64,000 bases of DNA, from NCBI GenBank assembly GCA_039194325.1, contig JBCCWC010000003.1, positions 1 to 64,000 of the forward strand, written 5' to 3'. Below, in pieces: positions 31,812-39,936 of the stretch. The position numbers and the translations under genes were made by a program. The first letter of the stretch is position 1, and each line of letters starts with the position of its first letter. The notes beneath the pieces are model-generated. The model was given only the letters and a program-made list of their open reading frames with translations, searched no databases and was not told the origin of the DNA. The stretch is from Myxococcota bacterium. Lineage in GTDB: Bacteria > Myxococcota_A > Polyangia > Nannocystales > Nannocystaceae.

Positions 31812-32216
31812 ATGCGGATCAAGTGCAAGATCGACGGCACATTGCTGGATTCCCGCACGATCGGGCTCATCCCGATGCACCCACGATTCGTCGAGGACTT
31901 GCCCGACACGTTGCTAACCGCGAAGATCGACGTCGACCACGCAGAGACAGTCAGCTTTGAGATCCACGATTTCGTCGATCAGACGACCGGCTTGTACTAC
32001 GAGCTGCGCATCGATCGAGTCGTGGAGGATCGGGGTCGCCAGGCGATCATCGAGAGCTGGGAACGCAACAAGATGTACTGCACCTCGGGTGAGTATCACC
32101 TACCCCAGATCATCGACCTCATGGTAACCGCCACACCGTGCTCGGCTCCCTTAGGCCGCGGTCGCGGCCGACCGTTGATCGGATCGTGCACGCTCCAGGT
32201 CTGCTCTCCGCAGTAA
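31812..32216 (+). CDS. hypothetical protein (134 aa)
   Basis: Purine-rich RBS-like AAGGGA before ATG, host-like codons, beta-rich sequence. Confidence 0.65.
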   Translation: MRIKCKIDGTLLDSRTIGLIPMHPRFVEDLPDTLLTAKIDVDHAETVSFEIHDFVDQTTGLYYELRIDRVVEDRGRQAIIESWERNKMYCTSGEYHLPQIIDLMVTATPCSAPLGRGRGRPLIGSCTLQVCSPQ

Positions 32217-32248
32217 GGTGAAGCGGATCCCTGACCCCACACCACCAT

Positions 32249-32308
32249 GCGAACTCCATTGCGAACTCCATTGCGAACTCCATTGCGAACTCCATCGCGA
32301 ACTCCATC
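32249..32308. repeat. 12-bp tandem repeat (GCGAACTCCATY) x5
   Basis: Units at 32249, 32261, 32273, 32285, 32297. Confidence 0.95.
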
Positions 32309-32462
32309 TTCACCCCCTGGCGCCGGCGAGCATCAACCCGAACGCGAGCATTCGTCCCCCGCTTCGCGGCACACCGGCATCGACTCTCCGGTCGGCGGAG
32401 CACCGCCCCGAGGTCGCCTTCGCGCTCGCGGCTCGACGACCTCCTGTGTTAGACCACGGGTC

Positions 32463-33089
32463 GTGGGGGGTGGAAACGAGGCGGAGCTGCTCGACCGCTG
32501 GCGAGGAGGCGACGCGAAGGCGGGCAACGATCTCATCGCTCGGCAGTTCCCTCGCATCAAGCGGTTCTTCTCGCGTAAGACCAGCGATCGGGACATCATC
32601 GAAGAGCTGGTCCAGCAGACCTTCGACCGCTGCGTGAGAAAGCTCGAAGCCTTCGAGGGTCGCTCGAGCTTCGACACGTTCATCTACGGGATCGCGCGCC
32701 ACGTGCTGCTCGAGCACTACCGCGAGCGGCGTCGTTCCGATCGCCAAGTGGCGGTGGAACAAACCCCCATGATCGACCTGGACATGGCGCCCTTCGTCGC
32801 GGTCGAGAGCCGAGAGGAGCGCAAGCTGCTGATCAACGCGCTGCGGCGCCTGTCGCTCGACACGCAGATCCTCGTCGAGCTCTACTTCTTCGAAGGCCTC
32901 AAGGGGCCAACGGTCTGCGAGATCTTGGGACTCTCGGAGACCAAATTTCGGGGGCGCATCCGCGGAGCTCGACGAGACCTCCAGCGTCATATCGAGACAC
33001 TCACCGACTCCCCCGAGCTACAAAAGAGCACACAAATGACCTTACACTCGTGGGCCCGTAAGGTCCGCGGGCAATTCGATCTCGAATGA
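32463..33089 (+). CDS. ECF RNA polymerase sigma factor with C-terminal extension
   Basis: ELLDRWRGGD.KAG, ELVQQTF, FEGRSSFDTFIYGIARH, region 4 VCEILGLSE; start approximate. Confidence 0.9.
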   Translation: MGGGNEAELLDRWRGGDAKAGNDLIARQFPRIKRFFSRKTSDRDIIEELVQQTFDRCVRKLEAFEGRSSFDTFIYGIARHVLLEHYRERRRSDRQVAVEQTPMIDLDMAPFVAVESREERKLLINALRRLSLDTQILVELYFFEGLKGPTVCEILGLSETKFRGRIRGARRDLQRHIETLTDSPELQKSTQMTLHSWARKVRGQFDLE

Positions 33090-33169
33090 TCCGATGAACG
33101 AAAGGGCCCTTTTCCTGGAATTCACCGGTATCTTCCCTCGAATGTGTCGACGAAGTCACCAATGGATCG

Positions 33170-33640
33170 ATGGCATCATCGAGTGAGCTGAAACGAAGGC
33201 TATTCTACGGTGAGCGGGAGGTTCGCTCCATGGGCAGCATGACGCTGACGACCCATCGGGTGATCCTTCATGCGCGAGGCTGCGGCGGCGAGTCATCAAC
33301 CTCCGTCCTGCTCAGCCAGGTCCAGTGGACACGGCTCATTCGGGCGAACTACGGCCCGTTGGCGCTCACTTTAGGGGGCCTGGGCGCCTTGGCCCTGCTG
33401 GCGATCCTGGTCGGTGCACTGGGCATGGTGGGTCCGCTGGGCTTGGCCTTGCTGATCACGGGCACGCTGGGTCCCCGGTGGAGCCGCACGCGCCTGGTGG
33501 TGGGTACGGGCGCTCGCACCCTGTGTCTGCCGCTCGAGCCCACTCGTCGGCGACGGCGCCAGGCCCGTGAGCTCGTAGATCTGATCGAGCAGGCCGCGGT
33601 CGATGCCAGTCGCCGAGGCTCCATGCTGCACCCGGCGTGA
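33170..33640 (+). CDS. hypothetical membrane protein (PH-like strands around two TM helices)
   Basis: GE...TLTTHRV pattern and a hydrophobic hairpin. Confidence 0.7.
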   Translation: MASSSELKRRLFYGEREVRSMGSMTLTTHRVILHARGCGGESSTSVLLSQVQWTRLIRANYGPLALTLGGLGALALLAILVGALGMVGPLGLALLITGTLGPRWSRTRLVVGTGARTLCLPLEPTRRRRRQARELVDLIEQAAVDASRRGSMLHPA

Positions 33641-33649
33641 GCCATGGGC

Positions 33650-34594
33650 TCAGCACTTGCCCGACCGACCACGCAGCTTCAGGCTCGCCTCGAACTCGTC
33701 CACCACCACCCCGCGAAAGAACCGATGGGCCGGATCCGCGTGGTAGCGTTCGTGCCATAGCGCCACGATCGGGATCACGGGGATCTCGATCGGGGGTGAG
33801 ACGACGACCAGATCGAGCCGGGGCAGCAGCGGTGCGACCAACTCACGGGGCGCAGCAAAGAACAAGTCGGTCTCCGCCACCGCGACCAAGGCGGCCAGGA
33901 AGGTGGGCACGACCAGGCCGATCCGCCGTGACACGCCAGCCCGCTCCAGCGCAGCCGCGACAAAGCTGCGGCTGCTGCTGCCGGTCTTGACCAGCACGTG
34001 CGGATGCTCGGCCCAGGCCCGTGCTCGAAGTCGGCGCCCCCGAGCGAAGGCAGGATGCGACCGTCGAGCGACCACCCCCCAGTGGATCGTCCCCAATCCC
34101 CGAGTCTGCAGGCCGGCCCCCTCGGCCGGCCCCGGACCTACCGCGAGATCGGCCTGACCCAGCTCGAGTGCGCGCGCATCGTCACCGCTCCGGTTGCGCA
34201 CCTCCAGACTCGCCCGAGGCGCGACCCCCTGAAGCCGCGCGCTCATCCGGGGCAGCAAGGGAGCCAGCAGATCGGGGCAGATCAGCACGAACGACCGCGT
34301 CGTGGTGGCGGCATCGAACTCCACCTCGTGCCGCACCAGGCGAGCGACGTCGGCCAACAGCCGCGCCAGGGGCTCGCGTAGGGCATCGGCCCGCGGGGTG
34401 GGCACTACCGCCCGCCCCGCCCGCACAAAGAGGGGATCCTCGAACAGCTCGCGCAGCCGCCCCAGCGCGTGGCTGGCTGCGGGCTGGCCGATCCCCAGGC
34501 GCCGCGCGGCCCGGGTCACGCTGCCCTCGGCGAGCAACGCGTCGAGCGTAACGAGCAGGTTGAGGTCGATCGTGGATATATCGATCTCATTCAT
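33650..34594 (-). CDS. LysR family transcriptional regulator
   Basis: DLNLLVTLDALLAEGSVTRAARRLGIGQPAASHAL...DPLFVR; WHER..DPAH. Confidence 0.96.
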   Translation of the reverse strand: MNEIDISTIDLNLLVTLDALLAEGSVTRAARRLGIGQPAASHALGRLRELFEDPLFVRAGRAVVPTPRADALREPLARLLADVARLVRHEVEFDAATTTRSFVLICPDLLAPLLPRMSARLQGVAPRASLEVRNRSGDDARALELGQADLAVGPGPAEGAGLQTRGLGTIHWGVVARRSHPAFARGRRLRARAWAEHPHVLVKTGSSSRSFVAAALERAGVSRRIGLVVPTFLAALVAVAETDLFFAAPRELVAPLLPRLDLVVVSPPIEIPVIPIVALWHERYHADPAHRFFRGVVVDEFEASLKLRGRSGKC

Positions 34595-34596
34595 GT

Positions 34597-34611
34597 ATTG
34601 ATTCAATCAAT
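34597..34611. promoter_or_regulatory. LysR T-N11-A recognition site
   Basis: ATTGAT-TCA-ATCAAT palindrome immediately upstream of the LysR start. Confidence 0.7.
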
Positions 34612-34653
34612 CGATTTTATTATTGGCAAGAGCGATCCTAGGCTACGAGGGCC

Positions 34654-35856
34654 ATGACGATGTCCACGGTGAACAAGCGGGTGCTATGGGGCCTGGGCTC
34701 CCTGGTCGCCCTGGTGCTCGGATCGCTGCTCGTGATGCGGATCATGTTGGGCGGAGGCGAGCCCTACCCCGACGTGAGCACTGCGCCCCGGATCTCGCCC
34801 GACCAGCTCGAAGTGCTGGTGGAGTTGCCGTTGCCGCCGGGCAACGTGACCAGCTCGAGCGAGGGGCGGATCTTCTTCAACATCCACCCCTTCACGCAGC
34901 CGCAGCGCTTCGGCGACAGCTTCGTGTTCGAGCTGGTGGATGGTGAGCCCCAGCCCTACCCAAACCAGCAGCTCCAGCCCCGGCTGCAGGGGGTGCTGGG
35001 CATTACCGTCGGTCCGCTCGACCGGCTGTGGCTGATCTCGCCGGCGGGCCTGGAGGATCGCGCGACCAAGTTGATGGCGTTCGACCTGGCCACCAACGCG
35101 CTGGTCTTCGAGCACGATCTGGGCGAGGACGCGGGCATGTTCAGCCAGGATCTCCGGGTCTCGCCCGACGGCAAGACGATCTACATGGCCGACACCGGGG
35201 CGTTCTTCTTGGCCTCGCCTGCCATCGTGGTGTTCGACATCGAGAGCAAGACCGCCCGCCGCGTGCTGGAGGGGCACCCGTCGACCGAGCCCCAAGACTG
35301 GGAGATCCGCACGATCGACGGCCCATACAAGCTCGCCTGGGGCCTGGTCAACTTCTCGGTGGGAGTGGACGGGGTGGCCGTCAGCCACGACGGCCAGTGG
35401 CTCTACTACGCGACGATGAGCCACGACAGCCTGTACCGGGTACCCACCGCCACGCTGCTCGACGCCTCGCTGCCCGCCGACGCGGTGGCCCGCGCGGTGG
35501 AGCGGGTGGGGACCAAGCCGCTCTCGGATGGGATCGAGATCGACGCGCAAGGTCGGGTGTACATCACCGACGTGGAGAACGGAGGGGTGGCTATCATGGA
35601 GCCCGACGGCGAGCTTCAGACCCTGTTCAAGGACGAGGCGATCGTCTGGGCCGACGGGGTCAACCTCACCAAGGACGGATCGCTGCTGATGACCGACAGC
35701 GAGATCCCGGCGTACATCGACCCGCTGCTGCGACCGCCGGCAGTGGAACGACTGAACCGGGCGGCGCCGCATCGGATCTATCGGGTGAAATCCTCGGGCG
35801 CGGCAAGTCCTCAGGCGCGTCATGTCCTCAGGCGCATCAAGTCCTCCGGCGCGTGA
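34654..35856 (+). CDS. major royal jelly/Yellow-like (L-dopachrome tautomerase-related) beta-propeller protein
   Basis: N-terminal TM; PPGNVT, IYMADTG, GVDGVAVS.DG.WLYY, KPLSDG...YITDVE, WADG. Confidence 0.85.
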   Translation: MTMSTVNKRVLWGLGSLVALVLGSLLVMRIMLGGGEPYPDVSTAPRISPDQLEVLVELPLPPGNVTSSSEGRIFFNIHPFTQPQRFGDSFVFELVDGEPQPYPNQQLQPRLQGVLGITVGPLDRLWLISPAGLEDRATKLMAFDLATNALVFEHDLGEDAGMFSQDLRVSPDGKTIYMADTGAFFLASPAIVVFDIESKTARRVLEGHPSTEPQDWEIRTIDGPYKLAWGLVNFSVGVDGVAVSHDGQWLYYATMSHDSLYRVPTATLLDASLPADAVARAVERVGTKPLSDGIEIDAQGRVYITDVENGGVAIMEPDGELQTLFKDEAIVWADGVNLTKDGSLLMTDSEIPAYIDPLLRPPAVERLNRAAPHRIYRVKSSGAASPQARHVLRRIKSSGA

Positions 35857-35869
35857 AGTCCTCCGGCCC
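35785..35869. repeat. degenerate 17-bp tandem repeat x5 across the 3' end of the Yellow-like gene
   Basis: GTGAAATCCTCGGGCGC / GGCAAGTCCTCAGGCGC / GTCATGTCCTCAGGCGC / ATCAAGTCCTCCGGCGC / GTGAAGTCCTCCGGCCC. Confidence 0.9.
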
Positions 35870-35891
35870 CGCGCAAGAAAAGCCAAACACG

Positions 35892-35929
35892 GGCAAGAGC
35901 CCGCCGGCAAGCACCGGCGGGCTCTTGCC
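35892..35929. terminator. 16-bp perfect hairpin
   Basis: GGCAAGAGCCCGCCGG-CAAGCA-CCGGCGGGCTCTTGCC. Confidence 0.65.
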
Positions 35930-36006
35930 GTTCCTACGCCCTGGAGCACAGCGCCGTGTCTAATCCCCGCCCGCCGCGAACGACCCAACGGAGCAACCGG
36001 AGCACC

Positions 36007-37209
36007 ATGTACGTCAAGAGCGTCGAAATCTCCAATGTTCGCGCGATCGATTCGTTCCGGTGGGAGATCAAGCACGATCGCTATGCCGGGTGGCACGTGC
36101 TCATCGGCGACAATGGATCCGGGAAGAGCTCGGTGTTGCGTTCCATGGCGCTGGCGTTCGTGGGGCCAGCCGAAGCCGCGGCCCTCCGTCAGAACTGGGC
36201 CGACTGGCTGCGCAATGATGAACGCAGGGGTCATATTGCCATCGAAATCGATCCCGATGACAAACTCGACAAGTTTGCTGGTCGTGGCTCGCGGGTCAAA
36301 CGATACTACCTGCCGTGTGGCCTTCGCTTCACCCGCAAACAGAGCAAAAGCGTCAGCCTGTGGAAGCCAAAGTACAAATTCGACCCGGACCGTCACATAT
36401 GGAGCGGAAAGCCGGGCTGGTTCTCCGCTTCTTACGGTCCGTTTCGTCGCTTTGCGGGAGGGGACAAGGATGCAGAGAAGCTATTCTATTCGAATCCTCG
36501 CCTCGCACGACACTTGTCGATCTTCGGCGAGGGAATCGCGCTCTCCGAGTGCATCTCTTGGCTGAAGAAGCTCCAGTTCAAGATGCTGGAAGCCCGACAA
36601 CATGGCGCCTCTGATGATCACCCCGACGTGGCGCTAGTCAAGCATATTCGCGAGTTCGTGGACCAATCGGATTTCTTGCCCCACCGCGCACGTATCGAAG
36701 AGATCTCGTCCAGTGCGGTTCGTTTCGTCGATGGTAATGGCTGCAACGTCTCCGTCGATGAATTGAGCGATGGCTATCGATCGATCCTCAGCATGACCTT
36801 CGAGCTCATCCGCCAGCTCGTCGAGACTTATGGGGTACGCATGGTCTTCGACCGCGAAGACCCCACCAAGATCGCGGTGCCCGGTGTCGTGTTGATCGAC
36901 GAGATCGACGCCCACCTGCACCCTTCCTGGCAGCGACGGATCGGCGCCTGGCTGTGCGAGCACTTTCCTCGGGTGCAATTCATCGTCACGACCCACAGCC
37001 CGCTCGTGTGCTATCCGGGTCAGAACAGCACGATCTACCGCCTACCGAAGCCAGGCACAGACTCGGAGGGAGGAATGCTGAAGGACGTGGCCCGCGATCG
37101 CCTCTTGTATGGCAATGTCCTCGACGCATACAGCACAGGTGAATTTGGTGAGAACATCACCCGATCGAGTTCGAGCGGGCCATCTACACGATCGAGACGC
37201 TCCGCCTGA
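36007..37209 (+). CDS. ABC/AAA ATPase, Septu PtuA-like; C-terminus probably truncated
   Basis: Walker A GDNGSGKSS, LSDGY, VLIDEIDAHLHP, TTHSP; last 13 residues (SSSGPSTRSRRSA) look out of frame. Confidence 0.9.
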   Translation: MYVKSVEISNVRAIDSFRWEIKHDRYAGWHVLIGDNGSGKSSVLRSMALAFVGPAEAAALRQNWADWLRNDERRGHIAIEIDPDDKLDKFAGRGSRVKRYYLPCGLRFTRKQSKSVSLWKPKYKFDPDRHIWSGKPGWFSASYGPFRRFAGGDKDAEKLFYSNPRLARHLSIFGEGIALSECISWLKKLQFKMLEARQHGASDDHPDVALVKHIREFVDQSDFLPHRARIEEISSSAVRFVDGNGCNVSVDELSDGYRSILSMTFELIRQLVETYGVRMVFDREDPTKIAVPGVVLIDEIDAHLHPSWQRRIGAWLCEHFPRVQFIVTTHSPLVCYPGQNSTIYRLPKPGTDSEGGMLKDVARDRLLYGNVLDAYSTGEFGENITRSSSSGPSTRSRRSA

Positions 37210-37448
37210 ACCTTCGCGATGCACTGGTCAAGGCACGCGAGGAAGCGTTCGTCTCCTACCGCGCGAGGCTACGAGAGTACGTGTCCGAGCAAGACGCTGG
37301 CACCAGCAAGCGCCGCCTCAATCGGCTGGTCCGCGCTATTCAAAGCATGCAGCATCCGTTCGTATGGGCCGAGATGAAACGAAGCGGCTCGCGACGTGCT
37401 GATCTTGGACCGCTGTTCGAGGCTGCACCCGAGTCGCTGTCTTGGTAG
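37161..37448 (+). pseudogene. start-less C-terminal remnant of the ATPase partner (probably an HNH endonuclease)
   Basis: Different frame from the ATPase, in-frame TGA at 37149 upstream; reads PIEFERAIYTIETLRLNLRDALVKAREEAFVSYRARLREY...MQHPFVWAEMKR...LFEAAPESLSW*. Confidence 0.75.
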
Positions 37449-37479
37449 ACCGGCGTCTACAACGCTACGAGGCCCCAGG

Positions 37480-39612
37480 TCACCGCCGCCGTACCACCAC
37501 CCGGTCGAACCAAACGTCACCAAACGCATACTTGACCCGCAGCTCCACGCGCGCAGCACTCTCGAGCGAGAACTTCACAGCAACGGCCTCGTAGTCGTTG
37601 GCCTCCTGCTCGGGGCACTGAAGCTCGACTCGCCGCACGCTCTTGCGCCCCGCGATGACCTGCAACACCAGGGCGAGCCGCTCGACTACCCCCTGGCACC
37701 CGTAGCGCAGCATGAACTCGGCGGTGTAGGGCCCGGGCGGTAGACGAACCCCGGGACCATGGCTGAGTAAGAACGCGTCCTGCGGGCGACCCGAGCCCAC
37801 CACCACCGCGGACGCATACCCACCCGAGGCCTGGGGATCGTCCACCACCACGTCGACGCGCTGGCTGGGCAGGTGCTCGGCCTCGAAGGTGAGAGGACCC
37901 TGGTCGAGCAGAACACCGAGGGTCGAGCCGTCCCAGGGCGCCCGCTCGACGTCGCCGATCACCGCCATCACCCCGGGCACATGCACGACCTCGACGCCCG
38001 AGGGGGGGCGGAACTCGGTGGGCCAGATCACCCCGGTGACATAGGCGTCGGCCTCACGCCGGGTGCGCCAAGGTGGCTGAGCGATGAGGTCGGCCTTCGG
38101 GCCATAGTAGGTGCCCCAAGCATGCTGGCTGCCGAGCTTGGTGTCGTTGTCGACATGGACCCGCTCGATCCCCCGCGCTGCGAGGATCGTCATGAGCCGC
38201 TCATGACCCCCCGGCGGGGTGCGGAGCTCGGGGCGGGTGGCGATCCCCACCCCAAGGGCCAACACGCCGGCCGCCAGCAAGACGACCCGCGCCCGAACCC
38301 ATCGCGATCCCGGTGAGCCCCCGCGCCACGCGAGCACAACGAGCAGACCCACCAGCACTACGACATTGAGCTGAGAGGTGACGTCGGCCAAGCTCCCCAC
38401 GGCACCCACGGCCAAGACCATGGCTCCTCCGGTCGCCCGGGCGATCCCCAGCCGGTCACCCCCGGGAGCGACCAAGCCGGCGACCAAGAAGCCCAGCCCG
38501 GCCGACAGAGGCACGACCAGGTTGTAGGCGTACCAGGGACGCATCGAGCTGGAGGCATTGTCGAAGACCAGCACGGTGACCAGCAACAACAGCGGCAGCA
38601 GCAGCGCGCCGTCGGCCCGACCACGCGCGGGAGGCCGGGTGAGCACCAGCACCACCAGGCCCACCGCGCCCAAGACCCACGCAAAGGGCTCACAAGCCTC
38701 GGCGACCACCCCAGACAGCTCGTTGAGCGAGCGCATGCTGGTGCCGGATCGATAGCCCTCCACGCGCTCCACCACGCCCACGTCGAAGTAGATCTCAAAG
38801 GCGGCCTCCCCGACCGCGCCAGCGACCGCCCGTAGCCAGGCCAAACCCACGAGGGTGGGCAAGCCGAGCACGAGCAGCAGACGGGGCAGAGCCTCGCGCC
38901 AACGAAGACGCCACAGCTCCAGGACCACGATGGGGATCATGGCCAAGCCCACGACGACCTGCTTGGTCCCCACCGCCAGGCACAGGGCGAGCGCCGACAG
39001 CAGTGCCCACGCGATGCCGGCCCGACCACGCCGACCCATCGCCTGGTGATAGGCCCACAGACCGGTGAGGACCCAGAGCATGAGCATGGGCTCGATGCAG
39101 GCAACGCGACCCCAGCGAAACGCAGCCGTGCAAGTGAGCAGGGCGCCGGCCCAGGCCACTCCAAAGGGCGTACCGCCGAGTTGTCCGCCGAGCTGTCCGT
39201 CGAGTTGTCCGCCGAGCTGTCCGCCGAGCTGTCCGTCGAGCTGTCCGCCGATCCGCCGCCCCCAGGCAAACGCGACCCCGATGGTGGCCAGCATGCTCAA
39301 CGCAAAGGGTAGGCGCAGTGCGGTCAGCGAGACGCCCAGGGCGTCGAACGAGGCGGCGACGAGCAGGATCGTCAGCGGCGGCTTGCTGAACCCTTCGTAG
39401 AGCTCGCCGTCGGATCCCACGGCATAGAGATATCGGCCGTGCTCCAGGGCGTTGCGGGCGAGCTTGCCGTAGAGACCTTCGTCGTAGGGACGCATCAGTC
39501 CCCCACCCAGGCCCACCAACAAGGCCGCACCAGCGATCACGAGGACGACCAGTAGCCAGGCCCATGCCGACCGATCCCACCGGGCCCCGTGAGGCATCGC
39601 GACGGGCGCCAT
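37480..39612 (-). CDS. ArnT/PMT-like (GT-C) membrane glycosyltransferase with C-terminal beta domain
   Basis: PYDEGLY, FSKPPL, LRLP, many TM helices; start uncertain. Confidence 0.88.
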   Translation of the reverse strand: MAPVAMPHGARWDRSAWAWLLVVLVIAGAALLVGLGGGLMRPYDEGLYGKLARNALEHGRYLYAVGSDGELYEGFSKPPLTILLVAASFDALGVSLTALRLPFALSMLATIGVAFAWGRRIGGQLDGQLGGQLGGQLDGQLGGQLGGTPFGVAWAGALLTCTAAFRWGRVACIEPMLMLWVLTGLWAYHQAMGRRGRAGIAWALLSALALCLAVGTKQVVVGLAMIPIVVLELWRLRWREALPRLLLVLGLPTLVGLAWLRAVAGAVGEAAFEIYFDVGVVERVEGYRSGTSMRSLNELSGVVAEACEPFAWVLGAVGLVVLVLTRPPARGRADGALLLPLLLLVTVLVFDNASSSMRPWYAYNLVVPLSAGLGFLVAGLVAPGGDRLGIARATGGAMVLAVGAVGSLADVTSQLNVVVLVGLLVVLAWRGGSPGSRWVRARVVLLAAGVLALGVGIATRPELRTPPGGHERLMTILAARGIERVHVDNDTKLGSQHAWGTYYGPKADLIAQPPWRTRREADAYVTGVIWPTEFRPPSGVEVVHVPGVMAVIGDVERAPWDGSTLGVLLDQGPLTFEAEHLPSQRVDVVVDDPQASGGYASAVVVGSGRPQDAFLLSHGPGVRLPPGPYTAEFMLRYGCQGVVERLALVLQVIAGRKSVRRVELQCPEQEANDYEAVAVKFSLESAARVELRVKYAFGDVWFDRVVVRRR
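39173..39251. repeat. in-frame 12-bp repeat (CCGYCGAGYTGT) x6.6 encoding (G/D)GQL
   Basis: Protein reads IGGQLDGQLGGQLGGQLDGQLGGQLGGTP. Confidence 0.95.
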
Positions 39613-39936
39613 GGACTCGCCGGAGTCGGACCCCGGTGCCGCCCGTTCGGGAGACCCATCGGCGCCACTCCTTTGCTGGGGCACTCCAGTACGATACCCG
39701 GCGTATTGGGGGATAACGCCGGCGACCGGTCGAAGAATCGGCCCAAACGTTCCGCTAACGTGCGAGACATCGCACGAATTTCTCAGGAGATTCCGCCTCG
39801 GGGTCGGCCGCCCGGTGAACCGATTACGTGCGTTGACGCTCGTTGAAGGATGCCCCGGCCCGACGCACGACCCCGGGGCGAGCATCGTTACCTCTCCGAG
39901 ATTTGTGGATACGATGGCACTTCCGTGGAGCGAGTC

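Noticed and set aside
34684..36396. Long antisense ORFs (570 aa here; also 6675-8000, 47496-48977, 62031-63338)
   Set aside because: Shadow frames of well-supported genes, expected in high-GC DNA.
35870..37448. Retron (ncRNA + ATPase + HNH)
   Set aside because: No reverse transcriptase nearby; the 16-bp hairpin is adequately explained as a terminator-like stem.
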